Shown: piece by piece, positions 49,381-56,421 of the stretch | How the letters are laid out: each line of letters opens with the position of its first letter | How positions within the stretch are numbered: the first letter of the stretch is position 1 | Source: Eubacteriales bacterium | GTDB taxonomy: Bacteria > Bacillota > Clostridia > Oscillospirales > CAG-272 | Length of the DNA: 64,000 bases | Reading direction: 5' to 3' | Assembly: GCA_045602385.1 (NCBI GenBank) | Contig: JAZSBL010000010.1 | Location: forward strand, 18,802 to 82,801 | Translations under genes and position numbers: made by a program | Notes under the pieces: generated by a model | The model's input: only the letters and a program-made list of their open reading frames with translations | The model's database searches: none | Told to the model about the DNA's origin: nothing

Positions 49381-49399
49381 TTGATGATTACCCTATTCG

Positions 49400-51373
49400 T
49401 CAGCCTTCTCTTAATTTCTTGATCTCGTCGCGCAGGTATGCCGCCTTTTCAAATTCAAGGCTGCGGGCGGCATCCTTCATCTCGCGCGTATACTGCTCGA
49501 TGAGCTTCTCGCGCTCCGATGCCGTGAGCTTCTTTTTCCTCTTTTCAAGGCGGCTCTTGCCCTTATCCTCGCTCGACGCGCCCATGTCAATTATATCGCG
49601 GATTCCCTTGATTATAGTCTTTGGAACAATGCCGTGCGCCTTATTATATTCGTCCTGTATCTTTCGGCGGCGGTTGGTCTCGCTTATCGCGCGCTCCATA
49701 GAGCCCGTGATATTGTCCGCGTACATTATGACCTTGCCCTCCGCGTTTCTCGCGGCTCTGCCTATGGTCTGGATAAGCGAACGTTCAGCGCGCAAGAATC
49801 CCTCCTTGTCCGCGTCAAGGATCGCAACCAGCGACACCTCGGGAATGTCAAGTCCCTCGCGCAAGAGGTTGATGCCCACAAGCACGTCAAAAACTCCCAT
49901 TCTGAGGTCGCGGATTATCTCCATTCTCTCAATGGTATCAATGTTAAAGTGAATATATCTGACCTTGATGCCGTTGTCCTCAAGGTAGTCGGTGAGGTCT
50001 TCCGCCATCTTCTTTGTAAGAGTCGTTACGAGAACTCTCTCGCCCTTCTCGGTCCTCTTGCGGATCTCGCCCATAAGGTCGTCTACCTGACCCTCGATAG
50101 GTCTTATCTCGACCTCGGGATCAAGCAGTCCCGTAGGTCTGATTATCTGCTCCACGGTCTGCTCTCCATGCTCGTTTTCGTAGTCTCCGGGCGTTGCGCT
50201 TACAAAGACCGCCTGATTAATTCTTTGCTCAAATTCCTCAAAGAAAAGCGGGCGATTGTCGTATGCCGAGGGCAGACGGAAGCCATAGTCTATAAGATTT
50301 TTCTTTCGTGCCGTGTCGCCGCCGCTCATGCCGCGCACCTGCGGCAGAGTTACGTGAGATTCGTCCACGAAAAGCAGAAAATCCTTTGGGAAATAGTCAA
50401 GCAGAGTGTAAGGCGTTGAGCCTGCGGGGCGGCGCGAGAGTATTCTCGAATAGTTCTCTACACCCGAGCAAAATCCGATCTCGGAGAGCATCTCCATGTC
50501 GTATTTTACCCTCTCGGTTATTCTCTGCGCCTCGATGAGCTTGCCCTCCGACTCAAAATAGGCAGCGCGCTCGCGCATTTCGGCAAGGATCTCGTCAATA
50601 GCCGCCTCGCGCTTTTCGTCGGACACGGCATAGTGCGTTGCGGGGTATATCGGGGCGTAGGAAAGCTGACGGATAAGCTCACCCGTCACTATGTTTATTT
50701 CGCTTACTCTGTCAATTTCATCGTCAAAGAACTCGATGCGTATCGCCTTGGAATCCATGCTGGCGGGGATGATCTCTACCACGTCACCGCGCACCCTGAA
50801 GCTGTCACGGACAAGGTTTAAGTCATTTCTCGTATAGCTTATAGAGATAAGGCGGCGGATAAGCTCCTCTCGCGCCATCGTCATTCCGGGACGGAGAGAG
50901 ATAACGAGGTCCTTATATTCGTCGGGCTCACCGAGCGAATATATGCAGGAAACGCTTGCCACGATAATGACGTCGCGGCGCTCAAAGAGCGAGCTTGTCG
51001 CGCTGTGGCGGAGTCGGTCTATCTCCTCGTTTACAAGGGCGTCCTTTTCGATATACATATCCTTACCGGGAATGTATGCCTCGGGCTGATAGTAGTCGTA
51101 GTAGGACACGAAATACTCGACCGCGTTTTCGGGGAAAAACTCGCGGAACTCGGAGCAAAGCTGAGCCGCCAAGGTCTTATTGTGCGCCAAAACGAGAGTG
51201 GGGCGGTTGATCTCGGCAATAACGTTTGCCATGGTAAAGGTCTTACCCGAACCTGTAACGCCGAGCAGTGTCTGCATTCTCTGACCCGACCTTATTCCGT
51301 CCACTATTTTCTTTATTGCCTCGGGCTGATCGCCCGTCGGCTTGTATTCACTTTTAAGCTTAAAATCCGCCAT
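49400..51373 (-). CDS. uvrB: excinuclease ABC subunit B
   Basis: 657 aa; GVTGSGKT Walker A, DESH box, beta-hairpin region and C-terminal UVR domain. Confidence 0.97.
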   Translation of the reverse strand: MADFKLKSEYKPTGDQPEAIKKIVDGIRSGQRMQTLLGVTGSGKTFTMANVIAEINRPTLVLAHNKTLAAQLCSEFREFFPENAVEYFVSYYDYYQPEAYIPGKDMYIEKDALVNEEIDRLRHSATSSLFERRDVIIVASVSCIYSLGEPDEYKDLVISLRPGMTMAREELIRRLISISYTRNDLNLVRDSFRVRGDVVEIIPASMDSKAIRIEFFDDEIDRVSEINIVTGELIRQLSYAPIYPATHYAVSDEKREAAIDEILAEMRERAAYFESEGKLIEAQRITERVKYDMEMLSEIGFCSGVENYSRILSRRPAGSTPYTLLDYFPKDFLLFVDESHVTLPQVRGMSGGDTARKKNLIDYGFRLPSAYDNRPLFFEEFEQRINQAVFVSATPGDYENEHGEQTVEQIIRPTGLLDPEVEIRPIEGQVDDLMGEIRKRTEKGERVLVTTLTKKMAEDLTDYLEDNGIKVRYIHFNIDTIERMEIIRDLRMGVFDVLVGINLLREGLDIPEVSLVAILDADKEGFLRAERSLIQTIGRAARNAEGKVIMYADNITGSMERAISETNRRRKIQDEYNKAHGIVPKTIIKGIRDIIDMGASSEDKGKSRLEKRKKKLTASEREKLIEQYTREMKDAARSLEFEKAAYLRDEIKKLREG

Positions 51374-51431
51374 AGCGACCTCCCGTAGTTTAAATTTTCG
51401 TCATAGCTTTAGTAATACTACACCATATTAT

Positions 51432-51460
51432 ATTATACCACGAATAATTTTAAATGTAAA
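51432..51460 (-). promoter_or_regulatory. sigma-A type promoter for uvrB
   Basis: On the minus strand, TTTACA, 17-nt spacer, TGgTATAAT. Confidence 0.55.
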
Positions 51461-51770
51461 TACGTTTATTCCCTTTTCTTTGCGGTAATTTCTGCATACC
51501 TTCCGCTAGTCAACAGTAAAAAAGCAAGGCTTTTGAGGTTTACTTTTTCCCGGTAATGCGATATAATTATATTGCCCCCAAAAATACTCTCCTTTTTGGA
51601 TTTTTTATCACAAAATACACCGAAAAAAATCTCAAAAAAATTTGAAAACTCGAAAAAACCGCCAAAAAAACTCCTTTTTAAAAAAGAGGAAAAACAACGA
51701 GAGCTTTCAAGGATTAAAAATCAATTGCCATAAGGAAAAATCACACTTTTTGTTATTAACACAAGCGCCC

Positions 51771-51806
51771 TTCTGTTAGCGGCTGTGTTAGCGCTTCTGT
51801 TAGAAC
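51771..51806. repeat. 3 x 12-bp direct repeat
   Basis: TTCTGTTAGCGG / CTGTGTTAGCGC / TTCTGTTAGAAC. Confidence 0.8.
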
Positions 51807-51807
51807 C

Positions 51808-51909
51808 TATAGAATAGAATAGTATAGAATAGTATAGAATAGTATAGATAGAATAGAATAGTATAGAAAAGAATAGTATACTATAGATAGAAAGATAGAA
51901 TGAAAGAAT
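51808..51909. repeat. degenerate (TATAGAATAG)n low-complexity tandem repeat
   Basis: About 100 bp built from ATAGA/ATAGT units, with three perfect consecutive ATAGAATAGT copies. Confidence 0.85.
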
Positions 51910-51910
51910 A

Positions 51911-51953
51911 CCGCCCCCTGCCCATTCGGGCAGAAGGCGGCTTGCGCGCAAGC
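51911..51953 (-). terminator. terminator region of the repeat-lipoprotein gene
   Basis: On the minus strand, palindrome GCTTGCGCGCAAGC, then CCGCC..CTGCCC-gaat-GGGCAG..GGCGG, followed by a T-rich tract. Confidence 0.55.
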
Positions 51954-52034
51954 GCGCTTATTCCTTCGTTCTATCGTTCCATCAATCTTTCACGCAGCCG
52001 CGCCACCGAGAGAGGAAAATAAGAAACGAAAAGT

Positions 52035-54776
52035 CTATTCGTTAACTATCCCAACATTGATAAGCGTAGGATAATTTCCATTTGAAATGTTCCAAATTGA
52101 GTTCTTCCAACCCAGCGTTGTCTTTTGGAATGATGATGACTTCAAGGTAGATATGGCACTCGTTGTCCCAAGTCTATTTGTTGGCTCATAAGTGGTAGTA
52201 CTATTCTGAATCACGGTAAACGTTTGCCCGCTATTAGAATAACAGTTATTGACTGAACTTGTTGCTCCCGTCTGATAAGCAACTACTCCTCCTGCATACC
52301 CGCCATAAGAACTTGCTATGGAAACCATCACAGAACCAGTTGCAAAGCTATAATTAATAGTTCCACCATCATCATTCACTCCAACCAATCCTCCAGCATA
52401 AACATAATATGTGCCTCCGCTGGTACTGCTCACCTTCCCCGTTGCGTAGCAATTATCTATTTTTCCGTTCTCATTTCTACCGACAAGTCCTCCGGCACGT
52501 CCGTGATAACTACCGGCAGATATTACTTGTCCAGTTGCATAGCAATTGCTGATAGTTCCCTCATAATTTTGTCCAACTAAGCCACCAGTGTTATTGTTTC
52601 CACTAGTTGTGCCACTATTAGACGACTTTACGATTCCTGTTGCATAACAAGCACTTATAGCGCCCTGATAATTTGTGCCTACCAGTCCACCTGTACAATT
52701 TGTTGAATTACCCATTGTCGAAGCTGTTACGTTTACTGATGCATAGCAATTGCCAATTGTTGCTCCATCTTCATTATAGCCAACTAACCCGCCTACGTAC
52801 GCTCCACGACTTGAGACGGTTATCGAACCATTCGTATAACAATTTATTACACTGCCGTAGTTAAATGCAACTAATCCACCCGCATACAAGTTTCCATCTG
52901 TGCTGGCGTCTATAGTGAAGCTCTCTACACCAAGATTCTTTATTGTTCCGCCATTGTGGGCAAATAAGCCTACCCAACAATTATCATTGCTGGTAATTTT
53001 GAAATTATAAATAACATGGCCATCTCCATTCAACGTTCCTGTAAATGGTTTGCTTGATTCAGGAAATAGTCCTGTCCATTCTACGCCGTACAGATTAATG
53101 TCGTTCAATAACAGGTAATTCTTATCTCGCTTCATCGCTTTAAGTTGATCTGCGTTGCTTATCGATATCACTCCGCATAATGTGCACGTTTGATTGTTGA
53201 AAACATGCCCCCATCTCTTTTCACATGTGTTGTAATCGCATCTCGAACATGTATCATAAGCATCCCAACCCTTTACTGAACAAGTGGGTTTTTTCGCTTC
53301 ATGATGTATTAGGTCGTGTCCCAAAGCATCTCCGTATATATAGGTTGAGCTACCCCTTGCTGTACAATTTTCACATTTGTAATAATAGATTGCGCTATCA
53401 TGACAACTTGCAGGAGTTTTTAAGTATGTTGATGTGGCAGTCTTAGAAGTATAGCTATGGCCAATTGCTGGTATCGTTTGATATGTTGTTGTATAACCAC
53501 ACATAGAACAACTTGCATAAGCTTCCCACCCCGCTTTAGTGCATGTAGCTTCTTGTGCCTCGTGTTCTACAAGTGTTGTTCCAGCGGGAATTATTTCATA
53601 CGTATTATAGTCACATCTTGTACATGTCACATAATCCTTATATCCATCGTTCACACATGCATCATAATCACCGGTATGTTCAACTATGTCGTGCCCAAGA
53701 GCTTGAATAAGCTCATATGATGTATAATCACACTTTTTGCATGTAACGTATTCGTTCCAGCCTGTCTCTGTACAGGTTGGTTCTTTTGCACCATGAAATA
53801 GTTCCTCATGTCCCAGTGCCGGAATCTCTACGTATGTAGTATAGTCACATTTCAAACATGCCGTATACTCTTCCCAGCCAATTTCAACACATGTTGGATC
53901 TTTCGAACCATATGTTATTTCGTCATGACCAAAAGGCGGTATTTCTTCGTAAGTAGAATAATTACATCTATAACATGTAACATATTCCTCCCATCCACAC
54001 TCAGTACATGTGGGATCTTTGGCCTCATGTAAAATAGTAATATGTCCAAGTGCAGGTTTCTCTATATATGTTGTATAATCGCATTTTAAACAAATTACAT
54101 AATCATCCCACCCTTTACCATAACATGTTGGCGACAAGCCTGGATACTCCACCACATCATGACCAAGTGCCGCTTTTTCAATATATGTTGAATAATCACA
54201 TCTTGTACAAGTGACATATTTATCCCATCCTATCTCTGTACAGGTTGGTGTTTTTGCCTCGTGCAATTTTTCATCATGACCAAGTGCTGGTTTTTCTGCA
54301 TAAGTTGAAAAACCACATCTTAAACAAACGGTATATGCATCCCATCCTATTCCAATGCATGTGGGGGATTGGCTGTCATACTGCTCATTACAATGTCCAA
54401 GCGCCTCAATACTCTGAGTTTCCTTCTCACCACACGCACAATTTCTTTCCATCACTCCCTCTTTAGTGCAAGTAGCGGAAATCATCGCTGACCACTCACC
54501 AAAAGAGTGAACATGAGCCTCAGCACCTTCTTCGTCATCGATTGTTTCTTTTTCCGTTGTGGCTTCTTCAACAGTTGTTTCTGCCACTGTGGTCCCTTCT
54601 GCTATTGATTCTTCAATAGTTATCCCTTCAACTATTGCTCCTTGCTCTACTTTAGTAACATCATTGTTCTCTCCCTTGGCTGTAGCCATACTCTCATAAT
54701 TATTATTGCCACCACATGCCACGAAAAAAATCATACTAAAAGCCATAGCGAGCAACAACACCAAAATCTTCTTCAT
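52035..54776 (-). CDS. large secreted lipoprotein with ~11 Cys3-His 39-aa tandem repeats and C-terminal GLUG-motif repeats
   Basis: Lipobox FVAC|GG after MKKILVLLLAMAFSMIF. Repeats of ALGH-x8-9-PTC-x5-GW-x2-Y-x2-C-x2-C-x-Y, then 7-8 GGLVG..N.G.I.NCYATG units. Start trimmed to ATG 54776 (SD GGAGGAAAAG). Hand counts on two 60-nt lines give 35-38% GC. Confidence 0.7.
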   Translation of the reverse strand: MKKILVLLLAMAFSMIFFVACGGNNNYESMATAKGENNDVTKVEQGAIVEGITIEESIAEGTTVAETTVEEATTEKETIDDEEGAEAHVHSFGEWSAMISATCTKEGVMERNCACGEKETQSIEALGHCNEQYDSQSPTCIGIGWDAYTVCLRCGFSTYAEKPALGHDEKLHEAKTPTCTEIGWDKYVTCTRCDYSTYIEKAALGHDVVEYPGLSPTCYGKGWDDYVICLKCDYTTYIEKPALGHITILHEAKDPTCTECGWEEYVTCYRCNYSTYEEIPPFGHDEITYGSKDPTCVEIGWEEYTACLKCDYTTYVEIPALGHEELFHGAKEPTCTETGWNEYVTCKKCDYTSYELIQALGHDIVEHTGDYDACVNDGYKDYVTCTRCDYNTYEIIPAGTTLVEHEAQEATCTKAGWEAYASCSMCGYTTTYQTIPAIGHSYTSKTATSTYLKTPASCHDSAIYYYKCENCTARGSSTYIYGDALGHDLIHHEAKKPTCSVKGWDAYDTCSRCDYNTCEKRWGHVFNNQTCTLCGVISISNADQLKAMKRDKNYLLLNDINLYGVEWTGLFPESSKPFTGTLNGDGHVIYNFKITSNDNCWVGLFAHNGGTIKNLGVESFTIDASTDGNLYAGGLVAFNYGSVINCYTNGSITVSSRGAYVGGLVGYNEDGATIGNCYASVNVTASTMGNSTNCTGGLVGTNYQGAISACYATGIVKSSNSGTTSGNNNTGGLVGQNYEGTISNCYATGQVISAGSYHGRAGGLVGRNENGKIDNCYATGKVSSTSGGTYYVYAGGLVGVNDDGGTINYSFATGSVMVSIASSYGGYAGGVVAYQTGATSSVNNCYSNSGQTFTVIQNSTTTYEPTNRLGTTSAISTLKSSSFQKTTLGWKNSIWNISNGNYPTLINVGIVNE
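53169..54515 (-). repeat. 117-bp (39-codon) in-frame tandem repeats inside the lipoprotein gene
   Basis: GH anchors at ORF residues 153, 192, 231, 270, 309, 348 and 387 are spaced exactly 39 aa apart, followed by four looser copies. Confidence 0.8.
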
Positions 54777-54960
54777 TTTCTTTTCCTCCGCTAAATAAAA
54801 AAGTGCGCAGCCGAAGCTACGCACAAAAAACACGCGCTCCGATTGCTGCGACACAATTTTTCACCAATTCCAAAAATGAGAAAAAGGAGTACGTATTTTT
54901 ATCCATTAATAAAAATACCCACTTTTGAAATTGGATAATATTAAATTGTGTCGCAGCATT
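54777..54960 (-). promoter_or_regulatory. ~178-nt structured 5' leader with an intrinsic terminator (candidate riboswitch/attenuator, class unknown)
   Basis: A 16-bp long-range stem (54958-54943 with 54859-54844), and terminator GTGCGTAGC-uucg-GCTGCGCAC plus U-run (54824-54793) just before the SD. Confidence 0.5.
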
Positions 54961-54989
54961 ATTATATCACTCTTTTTTTTCCTTGTCAA
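54961..54989 (-). promoter_or_regulatory. perfect consensus sigma-A promoter for the lipoprotein gene
   Basis: On the minus strand, TTGACA (54989-54984), 17-nt spacer, TATAAT (54966-54961). Confidence 0.65.
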
Positions 54990-55027
54990 GCACAAAAATA
55001 ACACCCATCGTGGTGATGGGTGTTATT
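54990..55027 (-). terminator. intrinsic terminator after the small ORF 55023-55334
   Basis: On the minus strand, AATAACACCCATC-accac-GATGGGTGTTATT followed by TTTTGTGC. Confidence 0.8.
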
Positions 55028-55334
55028 CCTCGTGGTATTCGTCGCATTCGTCGCAATAATCGTCATAATCGATCGAATGCTCGTTGCCTTTCTCGTCAAT
55101 ATAGGTATCGTAATCCTCATGGGGATCATCTCTGAAGCGAGAGGCTCTCCTCTGCTCTTTTTCCTCTCTGCGCCGCCGAGAGCGCGTGACGTATTCCTCG
55201 TCCTCGTTATCGTCGTAATAGTCGTATGTCTTAGGCGCGCGGGGCTTTATTCCCCTCTCGGCGCGCCATTTTGAATCTATTTGTCCAATTACAATTACAA
55301 CAACGACGACAATTATAACCTGCAGCACCCACAT
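55023..55334 (-). CDS. small membrane-anchored protein with a highly charged D/E/R/Y-rich tail
   Basis: 103 aa; TM segment VLQVIIVVVVVIVIG, then a low-complexity acidic/basic tail. ATG lies 2 nt after the coaD stop, and the ORF has its own terminator. Confidence 0.45.
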   Translation of the reverse strand: MWVLQVIIVVVVVIVIGQIDSKWRAERGIKPRAPKTYDYYDDNEDEEYVTRSRRRREEKEQRRASRFRDDPHEDYDTYIDEKGNEHSIDYDDYCDECDEYHEE

Positions 55335-55336
55335 AT

Positions 55337-55843
55337 CTATACGCTCTGATTCTTGACGTACTCTATTGCGCTATCTGACAGTATGCCGCGGAGGTCGTCG
55401 TACTTTTCGGCAATAAGAAGCTCTCGGACACGCGTTGAGCTAACCGATACAAGTCCTTCGTCGGCGGGCAAAAACACCGTTTCCACGCGGGGGTTATGCT
55501 CCTTATTCCACTTGGCGTGGATAAGCTCGTATTCAAGATCGGCAGAGGTGCGTATTCCCTTGATTATAACGTCCGCCAGAAGCTCGTCAAAGAGGTCGAT
55601 GAGCATTCCGGACGAGGAGATTACCTCGACGTTTTCAATGTGCGCAAGCGACAGTCTGACTATCTCAAGCCTTTTTTCCATATCGAACATATAGGTCTTT
55701 GACTGCAAGACCGACGAGTGCTTTGCAGAGTCGTTGTTCATTACCGCTACGTATACCTTGTCGCTCATTTTCGCGGCGCGCTCAATTATATTTACGTGTC
55801 CAAGCGTGATAGGGTCAAAGCTACCCGGTATCAGAGCTATCAT
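55337..55843 (-). CDS. coaD: pantetheine-phosphate adenylyltransferase
   Basis: 168 aa; MIALIPGSFDPITLGHVNII is the (T/H)xGH motif. Confidence 0.93.
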   Translation of the reverse strand: MIALIPGSFDPITLGHVNIIERAAKMSDKVYVAVMNNDSAKHSSVLQSKTYMFDMEKRLEIVRLSLAHIENVEVISSSGMLIDLFDELLADVIIKGIRTSADLEYELIHAKWNKEHNPRVETVFLPADEGLVSVSSTRVRELLIAEKYDDLRGILSDSAIEYVKNQSV

Positions 55844-56413
55844 TTATTCCGCCTTTCTTGTGGCAAGCAACGTAATATGCGCCACGCCGTATTTTGCATT
55901 CTTTATTATCTCAAATCTTTCGCGAAGCTCGGGGCTTTTTTCAAAAACGTCCGCCTCCTCGCTCTCGCAGACGATTATTGAGGTCTCCTTGATCATATCC
56001 GCGTCAAGCAGCGCTTTAAGCGTGGGAGCGACCGCGCGGAGCGCGTAGGGTGGATCTATGAACACTATATCAAACCTCTTTTTACCCTTGAACGCTCTTA
56101 TGAAATCCGACACGTCGGACGAAAGCAGTCTGCAAGAGTCCGCAAGCTTGGTTTTGGCAATATTCCTTGATATCACCGCCGCCGCGTCCTTTGATTTTTC
56201 AACGAAGGTTGCCGATGCCGCTCCGCGCGACACCGCCTCAAGTCCCATCTGTCCCGAGCCTGCGTAAAGGTCAAGCACATCTCTGCCCTCAATGTCAAAT
56301 TGGAGCATTGAGAATATCGCTTCCTTTGCCCTCTCGCTTGTGGGCCTTGTATTTTCGCCCGTGAGGGTATCGAGCCTGATCCCCCTTGCGCGGCCTGTAA
56401 TTATACGCATCAT
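55844..56413 (-). CDS. rsmD: 16S rRNA (guanine966-N2)-methyltransferase RsmD
   Basis: 189 aa; MRIITGRARG, DLYAGSG and FIDPPY motifs. Confidence 0.88.
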   Translation of the reverse strand: MMRIITGRARGIRLDTLTGENTRPTSERAKEAIFSMLQFDIEGRDVLDLYAGSGQMGLEAVSRGAASATFVEKSKDAAAVISRNIAKTKLADSCRLLSSDVSDFIRAFKGKKRFDIVFIDPPYALRAVAPTLKALLDADMIKETSIIVCESEEADVFEKSPELRERFEIIKNAKYGVAHITLLATRKAE

Positions 56414-56421
56414 AATAGGTT

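Noticed and set aside
51374-51470. LexA/DinR SOS box (GAAC-N4-GTTC) upstream of uvrB. I also looked upstream of uvrA (48562-48673) and uvrC.
   Set aside because: No convincing match was seen by eye. The nearest, GAAGGGTTCG at about 48596-48605, has the wrong spacing. A proper motif scan is still needed.
51771-51909. Possible CRISPR array.
   Set aside because: The repeat units are 10-12 bp and directly abutting, with no spacers of 25-40 bp, and there are no cas genes in the window. This is a micro/minisatellite, not a CRISPR array.
51721-51951. 76-aa minus-strand ORF (…ILSFYLSIYSILFFSILFYSIYTILYYSILFYS…).
   Set aside because: It is generated entirely by reading through the TATAGAATAG repeat tract. 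It has no SD, no plausible fold, and lies after the lipoprotein terminator.
54777-54960. Assigning the lipoprotein leader to a c-di-GMP (GEMM-I/II) or other known riboswitch class.
   Set aside because: Surface-protein genes in Clostridia are often c-di-GMP regulated. However, the leader is AU-rich and lacks the G-rich conserved cores I can recall for those classes, so I kept it as class unknown.
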